NCBI GenBank assembly: GCA_964430735.1
Contig: CAYSFB010000002.1
Coordinates: forward strand, 158,027-222,026
Origin: an uncultured Planctomycetia bacterium
Lineage (GTDB): Bacteria > Omnitrophota > Gorgyraeia > 2-02-FULL-51-18 > JAGOUK01
Length of the DNA: 64,000 bases
Direction: 5' to 3'
The translations under genes and the position numbers were made by a program. Shown here piece by piece: positions 48,601 through 54,653 of this stretch; the stretch's first letter is position 1; the number at the start of each line of letters is the position of its first letter. The notes under the pieces are model-generated. The model was not told the origin of the DNA. It did not search any database and worked only from the letters and a program-made list of their open reading frames with translations.

Positions 48601-50036
48601 TTAAAAAGTTCCTTGAGATGCTTCGCGTGGAAGCCGCCGGTCACGAGGATGGCGGTCCTCATCTCTTTTTCGGCGATCCTGGAGGAGAGATTCTTCACGA
48701 AGGCCTGGTCGCGGTCGAAGGAGCTCTCGTAAAACGCGCGGGCGTCCTGAACGGCCTGGGTCAAAAACGGCTCGCTGCGCAGGGCGTTGTCGTAGTGCTT
48801 CTTGAGTTCGAGGATCTTTTTATTGATGAAGCCGGTCTGAATCTGCACGTCGATGAGTTCCGGACGGGCCTGGATGTGAAGGTACTCGTCAGGGCCGATC
48901 TGGAGCGAAAGGAGCTTCTTTTCAAGTTCGATGCCGCGGCTCAGGAGAACCAACGCCGTCTGATCGGACGTCGTCGCGAGCGTTTTAAAGAGAAGGTCTT
49001 CGAGCTCATCGATTTCTCTCAGAGCCTTGTCGGCCTTGAGAGAATGGGACGCTTGGATGTAGGCGATGTATTTGAAAAGTTCGGGATAACGGCGGCCGGC
49101 GTCGGAACCGGCGAGTTTTTCTTCCAAATAAAGGAAAAAGGTCCGGGTGTCCTCCGCGGAAGCGCGGTTCACCTTTTGAAGCGGCTTCTTAAGGGAAGCG
49201 ATCTCCTGCCGATCGGCTTCCGGAAGCGTGCGAATCGCGGCTTCTTCCTGAAGGGACGCGGCGGCAAAGTCGATTGAGGATTCCTTGAATTGAAGATCTT
49301 TTAAGGTTTTAAGTTCGGAAAAAAGAGAAAGGTCGATTCCGGTTTCGCGGGCCGCCGCATCCAGCAGCGCAAAATACTGGGTGAGCCCGATTTCCTGCGA
49401 CTCGTATTGCGCCTTGGCGCGGTCGAGTTTTTTCAACGCGTCGGAATAAAAAACGTCCTTCATCGCCGCTGTCGAGCGGTCGATCCGGTCGAGCAATGCG
49501 AGCGCTTTTTCGCGGCTTGCCGCCGCCTTACGGTACGCCTCAAGCGCCTTGTCATAAAGAGGCTTGTCCTCGACGCCCCACAGCGTGAACGGACGGTTCG
49601 ACGCCAAATTCGCCAACTCGCTCCCCTTCACCAGTCCCTTGTTCAGGAAGTTCTCCGCCGCGCCGACCAGCGCTTCCCGGGACAGGGAGTCGCGCAAAAA
49701 CGCGATCGACAGATCCCCGCTCTCGCCTTCCACAAAGACATGCGTGACCGGCTCTTTTTCGAGAATGCGGTCGATGGCTTTGGCGAGGTTCTTTTGGCCG
49801 GAAGGATTGGTGTGCGCGTCCTGGATCAAAATGATTTTTGGGGCCGCGGCTTCGCCGCGATGGGAATCTTCGACGGTGCCGACCGAGGCCGGCAACTCAA
49901 ATGAGACGATGGGGTGGGTCAGGTTCTGGATGAGCGCGGCAGCTTCGGGTGCTGCAAGAGCGGCTTCCTGCGTGCACATAAGAAAAGTCAACAAGAACGC
50001 GACAGGACGCAAAACAAAAGCGCGAGAAGCCTGCAT
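36639..50036 (-). CDS. giant secreted multidomain protein (4465 aa), paralog of the 5758..19614 gene
   Basis: Uninterrupted 13.4-kb ORF. ATG at 50036 with an AAGGAG ribosome-binding site. Signal peptide. N-terminal domain homologous to giant 1 (ILIQDAHTNPSGQ / LVTGGFHAKHLKEL). FAD Rossmann motifs (VIGAGPAGLSAG and VVGGGEAAAKA) near 45.0-45.9 kb. Aldose-1-epimerase-like domain (GGNIAGW...HGYFDK...FGHHPWF) near 39.3-40.3 kb. Eleven or more GARLA copies plus GARMA, GAQLA and GAQMA variants. Confidence 0.85.
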   Translation of the reverse strand: MQASRAFVLRPVAFLLTFLMCTQEAALAAPEAAALIQNLTHPIVSFELPASVGTVEDSHRGEAAAPKIILIQDAHTNPSGQKNLAKAIDRILEKEPVTHVFVEGESGDLSIAFLRDSLSREALVGAAENFLNKGLVKGSELANLASNRPFTLWGVEDKPLYDKALEAYRKAAASREKALALLDRIDRSTAAMKDVFYSDALKKLDRAKAQYESQEIGLTQYFALLDAAARETGIDLSLFSELKTLKDLQFKESSIDFAAASLQEEAAIRTLPEADRQEIASLKKPLQKVNRASAEDTRTFFLYLEEKLAGSDAGRRYPELFKYIAYIQASHSLKADKALREIDELEDLLFKTLATTSDQTALVLLSRGIELEKKLLSLQIGPDEYLHIQARPELIDVQIQTGFINKKILELKKHYDNALRSEPFLTQAVQDARAFYESSFDRDQAFVKNLSSRIAEKEMRTAILVTGGFHAKHLKELFKSRGISYVSIIPNVYHETDFARYERILLKGPAHIQPAFSARVPVSARNISDPYFVRTTPVMQEALVAAARLAIQEGDRPGNLASEQGPIADQVRPEVPPTTMDERGSNAGARMAVKSAPKDLVNSLESKVKDGLHHSDFDRSVHQSMINDLEEIASYSRRADKALPSLIKIIDGWNVEPDVRKAAIEAAAAIGPDRKEVIDILTKYLKSPLYGGQAIEALGRAKKTTNKIHILELYKALLRKRWMSNYVTTSGRGTAIAVSYEMGSISKVLDRWTDVRSSKKLREQIWLLAIDILAHYPGSDYEGVSHLKNVLNKIRLQTGGARLAAREVRGGVEVDVESSRKAVVAHLMPGAGIAVRDGGADLPLQKIEIPVHADRRVTLETNGKKYEYKLRYIHHEARNRWIIRLEPLEANSDVLFSVSNIGTEEPVTDRVLKFWVPKSQSDAMKSLVEASGAKVTRVQSSGARLAQIKRVEVTIAEMRDTAVKTKRQIAENSSESRSDNPLVNGIAEQLMAFLESYAQNQGTIQLSEALFRTRAVELAHLGEVYTGKDENAEAAAQLAWGLFIRNLDFKLSGARLADARLEAGVRQVRNQVGEALKAAPDLPNLSFVMPFEGSVQSLSPTQELRALDASVREWLPEGSLDEASVADAVRRNIDAVIATVERNAALLKQVQKTIMSAPDGPEFGAGIASEYMTAEVSLREALRHAVRVRDQIGAGAQLAEQGSASEDIKSAVLSKLTSAEAEYSEAGKLLEGYKITLNQPGVTENPQSFNANVLIKPLVLQLQKIIRWVNRNDDIHSLLELEKLKKRLDSLIKGSREAHAMLFQMSKASKVDYPQASTTRLEAAINKVEAANGEIFDYLNGARLASDEERSADEATGTRVVTDKEYALLAQQSESPFLMADGILRTRRFLHTPQDLSRIEYARWGDDVADVAVIGAGPAGLSAGLHAVDAKLKTVIVSDYVGGGFSDAKAHDTHWMRTNAEQSSLVRAGKSGKDLVQAAALETQLAVYRERGIRARDVVGRAASRQFASTQPKNAADPKDVQSPLARNEFFQYLSHAAGMIQDRGGIVVEGADVASIEKKNDGLYWIRTSQGHLIKARTLVPATGMTGRRSEHMRMPTGLKDFVQRNKNEYVLVTSHEELTAADRLIQLSLELARKSKAKPGSPDSKIDVARLPQLIISETLMGTPLYRTVMEGYTGPVSVAVVGGGEAAAKAVTEILDARPEATVHLYTVGLLKPGQLQVPAGHAGVESAQRLITDRQAGDTSIEEWKRDYGTTITPDTFSAIERGIRNGRVVLHALGAPFDTKAVKLETVEITPSDTNPRVRTKIIPLGSRDRSESTTVDGPIILATGYDRDSLRSKDPVNQALIAGRMLKLRKGDNPVVAAEFELGPDNLSSGIDPRVYPVGAINFASSVDSAVPGMVVRSVLIAQAIRAAIDGAAADEVKKQAASSGLQEEVGAAIDRLFKNAFRANDRSTYPQNKVLVDKTVLDAKARVLYLLVKPYSFNGDELKAYPDRSDRQFIFRIPLDPGERITYTRNLTQYRPRMFPDVLRLELRDNGNNVLLVAAENDVIPFSQNDFFQQLGARLAADDGTQNIASEQGPIADQVRPEIPATLDERGSSGAQMAQQGAMGVALNNLLPRLEQIQVQIGLDYDAGYAYPNKQFSSTVEQALRVILPEAIRIVRSNAHFQGDSRTVPPGIYYIREKLSAIPTQLSADAPNWQELPDFRWHQLKYACDNIDLALQEIDAMRNLDAGARLAKTEKVFISFPDSTDAVQLEVSEYAAHIIRRLNEREPQMNPFPLPKRYEKYLKITSGRVQYLAGLNNEQLIDLLGSFMFEFLDEKVQHIAHPDTKEYFEALSDLFMSLQYEIELEGGDFGEIGYSLLVWLMVKNTGKNSDPDWIGFYRVFAGTVIYGLDFYEINQMSRPREGDPFVPVKTQFEKFVIDQKLLQQSPRLRAEAGIVLREWDNLLMDHQYLGSETVEDMLLNQPESEPRPDYQEIIEGLKESIRPSTESESAVWSSAIDSLVDLSHHHQHVLLSEDLDASMSDIEMGAGGGMSAMDHMQLKTMERMGESGRKIWILTWDKYLKYVWMYLQSAESGIQWDDYAKIVSGYVNDDGVTQSLPDLLGLPRTDRAELRNVLSYLQWFRLLKQARSRTGSKILFFLASEEEHAVNDNLLEIYANEKQKILWVGQGKIPVLDVLLTSGDAYVTHLAYAADHWHSEGFMRATAGISTAVWNLTPDFEKKSADRSVLVITDGSSRAGQFIRTHSPPIKNNFMKKRIPDSILLAFLGGDDDSDDNDRVVPDAPDPFLSQDPNSEDAVRPAGPRHVPSTGARLAKAKAVQTKNITITGDERILLVIDKGPKKGREVMVMRYDKKRKALVVDASLGIAVSSKQVDSKTPSFLKVTKLPYWDDAQPSVMVRKDPVSFYDGEGRVVTISYKRLSKPKGSLSVRIVYPSGILMPVKQTEEEWDPFDGIPDDAFTNPKYAGRFGARLAGMLKAPAYPPNHVLARLTGIEAERLLLAVIQAQGVGTIGQATDLQSLITRPWPIRITSENSKLFTVAGDGDKKPFTIGPDDQLFVTPAREMIYVPKSPWDKKAMWSVVEKYFETAGEPLTAQQMLSGARLADRKPIDFEAEMLGALEPGQNRDWIKRYETVILPRIDRYYVQRSSVVTLSAEEAAAHRRFIEGLTWLDVLALGSLPASVDSLGRTAYMTLVRDWENINEAAAASLWGTDRTAANVHLAQVLVVRRHLFGATSAHTHRFEAALRDRGGWKQLEWAASAFRLLVQIARERNIHPRERQNVTVRLVDGYPVYKLTAADGKGELQVSALGGNIAGWKTAGVDGALRQRIWFEGQDENGEAVRLIKDASQPFGKDNPLMRGGAPFMAPWVGRRSITPDIKRNRHIRYVPAAQGPDQFAIHGYFDKMRWEYAGHSSSDDATSITLVADTAQDPIFEFKDAQYKGSGRVYLTYTLGKDGSLNVKTRIENTGGVSFQMGFGHHPWFLMLNPTQVEARIPARGVRETIPSGLSTLKVIPVTGTAQDYLAAPRKLEKEKIDATFTDLESADGVTVSEFTNPQTGEKFVLTQKGYSNVHLFVPQNPTVFPADIVAVEPTTSRAGTSDKVIAPGGSVTAEWTAEFGPAAARLADFDGAAEALKIAQVALNREEQLVDQGAADLQKKNQIQVQIDAVRQTLGKARAAAEGLARSFFDPQESRVLSYLSLLETAKSQTDHLRSDANDLDGNTYALPAAQKLLGGLIDQANLYLEHLREAQRVEKTTVTLDRSKFRLVAEDDRPAVGSMIAADPTVQDAPMWSVVDSDDHGNLILASYDMEGGLSTDIFSQQVSELHRQDRWIHPNNQPLEPAADMLRELQTLGIRTVYNLPQAFGAPGLHTLQALLQMHRHRMPRGYEGGDRFEDILPAWIAQSREEWGEFDAVYIDPRISGWDLAAAFRLFLDRKPVHERLREVGSHKAMIGVYASDKSHTLNIRPMPAIDAAVTAAQIAESLQDLKSAGGARMAQLTMASALAVFVTQHQATPQLANFELFDSAAGASDKKLKMVQVSPKGQEQSMLQIMSWEDGTWVIARNEGIHIISSIAWDSKEKKLKVDHLPADAKEPLSSLSGKTYDAPEDPILGLGLTEKNGKLILNLWIADSLRRQIAADTKLNYINQLMDDQSGVAINLTTPAPSKTGARLSGASLQTEAIEGFVRGAAPALRGEEEAEFDMAEFDASSGIFTLLTRILAMRNGAIRWKFADALAWNTLAYAGDAKGSDGAALMPAIQKPWNAQMARQALQKDLIPNLKSTAGQPVILHADGAILRGLNEEQMQRVFRSVQKMAKVLGVYVQFEGQYGDLSAEGIRGLDNPIHAHLAAVENEAALEAGDTGMLAEVKAGRHIPFTLAVLTEAELARLRGVRNGVALWRESRGSQMLFRRAPTQAAGLAMAEVDPSDPAQMLLLREYRASAFLSVTDLFELFQMADDAIDQSA
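43721..43810. repeat. intragenic direct repeat, copy A (pairs with 48281..48356)
   Basis: An ~85-bp segment including CTGATCGGCGATGGGGCCCTGCTCGCTGGC recurs with few mismatches. It encodes the duplicated peptide ASEQGPIADQVRPE preceded by a GARMA or GAQMA motif. Confidence 0.7.
48281..48356. repeat. intragenic direct repeat, copy B (pairs with 43721..43810)
   Basis: See copy A. Confidence 0.7.
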
Positions 50037-50188
50037 GCTCGGAAGTCTCCTTGGAGTCGGCGATATCTAATTGAAGGAGCAGAAAGAAATAGTGAGCGAA
50101 GTATGCCCGATCCACAGGGGTGTATCAAGACGGGATCGAGCGATATATTTGAATTTTTTATCGGTTAATTTAAGCTTCCGCGCGGGCG

Positions 50189-51046
50189 CTAGAAGCTGGA
50201 GAGATACCGAGGCAGCGGAACGTTCTTTTTAACCGCTTCAGCAGCCAAAGACAGCAGCTTTTCACGGGTTTTAAGGTCCGAAATACCGCCTTTTTCGGGA
50301 AGCTTGGGGATCGCGGGAGACGAGAATTTGCGGTTGTATCGGCTCAGCTGGCCGGGACTGGCCTGAAGGTTCCGGTAGTGCTCCGCGGCGGTCTTCAGAA
50401 CGTTCAAAAAGTTAAATCGCTTCTTGGTGTCCACATAGCCGCCCCAATATCCGCCGACAATCCCCATGAGAAGCCCGCGGACTTCGACGGACGGCGCCTT
50501 GGCAGAAGGCGAAACGCTTTGGTCAAAAATCAGGTTAAAATCCTCAGTCAATCCCCTGCCTTGCATCTGCTTCCACACATACACCGCCAGCGGGACGAGC
50601 CGCGCGTAGTCGGACAGGGAAAACTGCGGATCGCCGGTCAAATCGTACAGCGGCTTGATGTCGTTGGGCCCGAGCGGACCGGAAGCGGGAATATTCGTAC
50701 CGCTCCAGAGATTGTGCGCGGCGAGCGTCTCGGGCCGGGCGCGCAATGCGCGCAAAAGCTCGGCTGTTTTGCGAGTCAGTTCGAGGAAACGGTCCTGGTC
50801 TTCGCCGCGGTAAATGAGGTCGCCGTACTGCTTGCCGACCAACTCCAACGTGGATCCGTCCGCAGGCCCCGAGGCGGGCACGTTCATGTTAAAAATTGCG
50901 TTCACGTCGTCCACCATTCCCGTGGACTGGATTTTGTGCAGGTAGGCCTCGACTTCGGGATCGGCAGCCAGGGCGGACGAAGCGGAAGCGAGCCAGAAAG
51001 AGGCGGCCAAGGTGATCGCAAAGTAAAGGCTGGGGGTACGCTTCAT
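50189..51046 (-). CDS. hypothetical secreted protein immediately upstream of giant gene 2
   Basis: Signal peptide MKRTPSLYFAITLAASFWLASASSALA at the ATG at 51046. The track ORF continues upstream to 51181 but would overlap a tRNA gene. No recognisable motifs. Confidence 0.5.
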   Translation of the reverse strand: MKRTPSLYFAITLAASFWLASASSALAADPEVEAYLHKIQSTGMVDDVNAIFNMNVPASGPADGSTLELVGKQYGDLIYRGEDQDRFLELTRKTAELLRALRARPETLAAHNLWSGTNIPASGPLGPNDIKPLYDLTGDPQFSLSDYARLVPLAVYVWKQMQGRGLTEDFNLIFDQSVSPSAKAPSVEVRGLLMGIVGGYWGGYVDTKKRFNFLNVLKTAAEHYRNLQASPGQLSRYNRKFSSPAIPKLPEKGGISDLKTREKLLSLAAEAVKKNVPLPRYLSSF

Positions 51047-51124
51047 CGATGATGACTCCGGTTGATGCTGCGTTCGAATGCCGTAAACAAAAATCGCCCC
51101 GCCGGTCCGGCGGAGCGATTCAAG

Positions 51125-51209
51125 TGGTGCAGGAGGAGGGATTTGAACCCTCAATCCGTAAGGAACATGATCCTTAGTCATGCGCGTATGCCAATTCCGC
51201 CACTCCTGC
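51125..51209 (-). tRNA. tRNA-Leu (type II, long variable arm), apparent anticodon AAG
   Basis: Minus-strand sequence GCAGGAGTGGCGGAATTGGCATACGCGCATGACTAAGGATCATGTTCCTTACGGATTGAGGGTTCAAATCCCTCCTCCTGCACCA. Acceptor 7 bp. Anticodon stem CATGA/TCATG with loop CTAAGGA (U33, G37). 13-nt variable arm. T-arm GAGGG TTCAAAT CCCTC. Encoded CCA present. Confidence 0.75.
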
Positions 51210-51354
51210 GAAGAACCTTAAAACTGCCGGTCCGGGCGGGACCAAGAGGCGATATTATAGCCCAAAACGGCCGGAATCAAGACTTTCATCTTTCAAAAAA
51301 ATCCGGGCCGGCCGCTGCCTTGACTTTGATGGAATCGGACGGAGAATAGACCGC

Positions 51355-52272
51355 ATGAAGCCTTCCGATCCGCTCCTCCAGGCGCTCCAATCAATTCCCG
51401 CGCCGACGCTCGCCGCCGCTCTTGATGCCGCGTCCTGCGCGATCGTGATTGCCGATGCCCGCAAATCGGATTTTCCGCTCATCTATGTCAGCCGGGCCTT
51501 CGAAACGATCACCGGTTATACGGCCCGGGAATCGATCGGCCGGAATTGCCGATTCCTCCAGGGACGCGACCGGAACCAGCCCGAACTGAAGATCATTCAC
51601 AAGGCGATCCAAAGTCGGCGGGCCTGTCAGGTGGTGCTTGCCAATTATCGGAAAGACGGAACTCGTTTTTGGAATGAGCTGCGCCTGGCCCCCGTCTTTG
51701 ACGAAGCTCGACGCCTGACCCATTACGTCGGAATCCAGACCGACGTGACCTTCCAGCGCGAGGCCGAGACCGCGCTCAAGGAACATCAGAAGGATCTGGA
51801 ACGGCTTGTGCGGGAAAGGACTGACGAGCTCGACCGCAAAAATGCCGCGCTCACCGAAGTGTTGGGACGCCTGGAGCTTGAGAAGCGCTCCCTCGAGCGC
51901 CGGCTGACAGCCAATGTGGACCGCCTCATCCTTCCGCTCATGAAAAAAATCGGGCGGGGTTCCGGCCCCGAAGGCCGTCCGGCGCTCGCCGCGCTGGAGG
52001 CCTCCCTGCAGGAACTCACATCTCCGTTCGGCGAAGGCTTGAGCCGTCCTCTGTACCGGCTTTCGGCCCGCGAAATCGAGATCTGCGGGTTTATCCGGCG
52101 GGGATTGGGGACCAAAGAAATCGCGCAGCTGCTCAAGTCATCCGAAGCGACGGTCGAGAACCAGCGCAACTCGATCCGGAAGAAGCTCGGCATCTCGCGC
52201 AAGTCGGTCAACCTTTCGGTCTTTCTCCGCGGATTCGCCGATCCGGGCGCCTCTCAGAACACCTATTTATGA
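51355..52272 (+). CDS. LOV-domain blue-light photoreceptor fused to LuxR-type HTH (EL222-like light-regulated transcription factor)
   Basis: Canonical LOV flavin-cysteine motif GRNCRFLQG plus FWNELRLAPV and NYRKDG. ~100-aa coiled-coil linker. C-terminal LuxR HTH (LSAREIEICGFIRRGLGTKEIAQLLKSSEATVENQRNSIRKKLGI). Confidence 0.85.
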   Translation: MKPSDPLLQALQSIPAPTLAAALDAASCAIVIADARKSDFPLIYVSRAFETITGYTARESIGRNCRFLQGRDRNQPELKIIHKAIQSRRACQVVLANYRKDGTRFWNELRLAPVFDEARRLTHYVGIQTDVTFQREAETALKEHQKDLERLVRERTDELDRKNAALTEVLGRLELEKRSLERRLTANVDRLILPLMKKIGRGSGPEGRPALAALEASLQELTSPFGEGLSRPLYRLSAREIEICGFIRRGLGTKEIAQLLKSSEATVENQRNSIRKKLGISRKSVNLSVFLRGFADPGASQNTYL

Positions 52273-52351
52273 TAGGTGTTTTATAGGTATTTTGAGGCGG
52301 TTGCCGTTGCGCCTTCTCCGCTGTATTCTCCTCTTATCGGAGGAAGCGGAT

Positions 52352-53179
52352 GTGAGCACCTATGGATGGGTTCGAAAAGGACTGGGGATCGGATGCGCCG
52401 GAGGGATCTTTGCCCTCACCGGACTGGCGCTCATGCTCGAACTTCCCCAAAGCTTCGCCGTTCTCAATCGGGCATCGGGTGCAGCCGCCTGTTTCGCCGT
52501 TTCCGCCGCCCTGGTCCTGATCTCCGCTCTCTACACCCTCCCTTTCGACATCCTGAGCCACGCCGCCGGCCGCCGGTTCGGTAGAGTCCGGCACGGATTC
52601 CGCACCTTCGGAGCGGCCTGGATCCGCGGGGTCGCACTGCAGGCGCTGCTCCTGCCCGCGTTTATGACCCTGATTCACCTGTCGGGCCGCTTCGCGGGGG
52701 ATGTCGGCGCCATGACCGCTTTTACGGCCATTCTGATTTATATGTACCTGTCGCGGACGGAGCTCTCTCGCTTCATCGAGGGGTATCAATTCCGCATCTT
52801 CACATTTAAAAATATCGGCGCGCTCAAAAAGGGCCCTGAGCGTGCACGGCTCATCGTCACGATCCTGTGGAACCAATCCGCCTTTGCCTGCGCGCTGCTC
52901 GTCCCTGGGGCCGGTACCGAGACCGTCGGTCCGCTCGTCGTAACGGTCTTCGCGTTCACCTGCTTTTCACTGCTGGGATGGCTCTTTTTACCCTGGATCG
53001 GCCGCCGTCACGACCTCGCCACGGCGCTCCTGGCGCTGGACCTTTCATGGGCCGGCTCGAACCTGATCACGCGCTCCGTCTGCACCAATGTCGGCATCCC
53101 CCGCAAATGGCTGGCCTGCGAGCCGTCGGAATTTTTCGAGAATAAGAACACGTCCGCCTTCCGCCGGATCGCGCAATGA
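52352..53179 (+). CDS. hypothetical polytopic membrane protein
   Basis: Multiple hydrophobic helices. GTG at 52352 preceded by GGAGGA; the track ORF starts at a TTG at 52292. Stop overlaps the next gene's ATG (ATGA). Confidence 0.5.
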   Translation: MSTYGWVRKGLGIGCAGGIFALTGLALMLELPQSFAVLNRASGAAACFAVSAALVLISALYTLPFDILSHAAGRRFGRVRHGFRTFGAAWIRGVALQALLLPAFMTLIHLSGRFAGDVGAMTAFTAILIYMYLSRTELSRFIEGYQFRIFTFKNIGALKKGPERARLIVTILWNQSAFACALLVPGAGTETVGPLVVTVFAFTCFSLLGWLFLPWIGRRHDLATALLALDLSWAGSNLITRSVCTNVGIPRKWLACEPSEFFENKNTSAFRRIAQ

Positions 53180-54648
53180 CTCCCCTTCGCCGCGTCCTCG
53201 TCACCGGTTCGACGGGCTATATCGGCGGCCGCCTGGTGCCGGCTCTGCTCGAGCGCGGCCTGCGCGTGCGCGCGCTCGTCCGATCCGAAAAAAAAGCGCG
53301 CACCCGTTCGTGGGCGTCCCATCCCGGACTCGAATTGGTCGGCGGGAACGTGCTGGACAAAGATTCACTCACCGCCGCCTGCCGCGGCTGCGAAGCCGTG
53401 TATTACCTGGTGCATTCGATGCTGCCCGGAACGCGCGATTACCGGAGTTCCGATCTGGAGGCGGCTCAAATCATGAGAGATGCGGCGGCGGCCGCGGGCG
53501 TCCAACGCATCATCTATCTGGGCGGCCTCGGCGAAGACCGGCCGGACTTGAGCCGGCATCTCCGCTCCCGGCGCGAGGTCGAACAGGTGCTCGCTTCGGG
53601 GACGGTCCCGGTGACCGTGCTGCGCGCCGCAATGATCATCGGCTCCGGCAGCGCGTCGTTCGAAATTCTGCGGTATCTGGTCGACCGGCTGCCGTTCATG
53701 ATCACGCCCAAGTGGGTCAGCACGCCCTGCCAGCCGATCGCGATCCGAAACGTCCTCGAATATCTCGCGTCGTGCCTCGACCGGCCCGAAACGGCCGGTC
53801 AAAAGTTCGACATCGGAGGCCCCGACCGGCTCACCTATCTGGACCTCATGCGCATCTACGCCGAGGAAGCCGGCCTGCCGCGCCGGCGAATCATTCCCGT
53901 TCCGGTGCTCACTCCGCGCCTGAGCTCGTATTGGATCCATTTGGTCACGCCCGTGCCCTCCTCCATCGCGCGTCCGCTCGCCGAAGGACTCAAGAATCCG
54001 GTCATCTGCCGCGAAACCCGGATCCGCTCGATCATCCCGACGGAGCTCATTTCGGTGCGCGAAGCGATCCGCCTGGCCCTGCGCAAGACGCTTGCGGACG
54101 AGGTCGTGACCCGCTGGACCGACGCGGGCGGATCGGCCGGCGTCGAGGCGATCGCTCCGGGAGATCCCGAATGGGCCGGAGGAACCGTGCTCAAGGACGA
54201 GCGGTCCGTCATCACCGCCGCGGACCCAAAAAAATTATGGGGAGTTGTGGAATCCATCGGCGGCGACAGCGGCTGGTATCACGCGGATTTTTTATGGCGG
54301 ATACGCGGCGCCATCGACCGGCTTTTTGGCGGTGTGGGATTGCGGCGCGGACGGCGAAGCGCGCACGAGCTGCATCCCGGCGACGCGCTGGACTTCTGGC
54401 GCGTGATCGAATGCGACCGTGAGCGCCGGCTCACCCTCCGGGCCGAAATGAAGCTGCCCGGCGAAGCGGTGCTTCAGTTCGAGCTCACCCCTTTGTCCGG
54501 CGGGCGCGTCCGGCTCGATCAGCGGGCTCTATTCAAACCCAAGGGTCTTTGGGGGATCCTGTACTGGCTCGGGGTGATGCCGCTCCACGCGTATGTGTTC
54601 GGCGGCATGCTTCAGCGGATCGTCCGACGCGCCCAAGCCGTTCCGTAG
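53176..54648 (+). CDS. NAD(P)-binding SDR/NmrA-like epimerase-dehydratase family protein with C-terminal DUF2867-like domain
   Basis: Rossmann VLVTGSTGYIGGRLV. Extended ~180-aa C-terminal domain (WYHADFLWRIRGAIDRL...). Domain naming is from recall. Confidence 0.6.
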   Translation: MTPLRRVLVTGSTGYIGGRLVPALLERGLRVRALVRSEKKARTRSWASHPGLELVGGNVLDKDSLTAACRGCEAVYYLVHSMLPGTRDYRSSDLEAAQIMRDAAAAAGVQRIIYLGGLGEDRPDLSRHLRSRREVEQVLASGTVPVTVLRAAMIIGSGSASFEILRYLVDRLPFMITPKWVSTPCQPIAIRNVLEYLASCLDRPETAGQKFDIGGPDRLTYLDLMRIYAEEAGLPRRRIIPVPVLTPRLSSYWIHLVTPVPSSIARPLAEGLKNPVICRETRIRSIIPTELISVREAIRLALRKTLADEVVTRWTDAGGSAGVEAIAPGDPEWAGGTVLKDERSVITAADPKKLWGVVESIGGDSGWYHADFLWRIRGAIDRLFGGVGLRRGRRSAHELHPGDALDFWRVIECDRERRLTLRAEMKLPGEAVLQFELTPLSGGRVRLDQRALFKPKGLWGILYWLGVMPLHAYVFGGMLQRIVRRAQAVP

Positions 54649-54653
54649 GCCCC

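Noticed and set aside
51047-51181. N-terminal extension of the 50189 ORF up to 51181 (45 extra residues)
   Set aside because: It would overlap the tRNA-Leu gene on the same strand. The internal ATG at 51046 gives a canonical signal peptide at the N-terminus.
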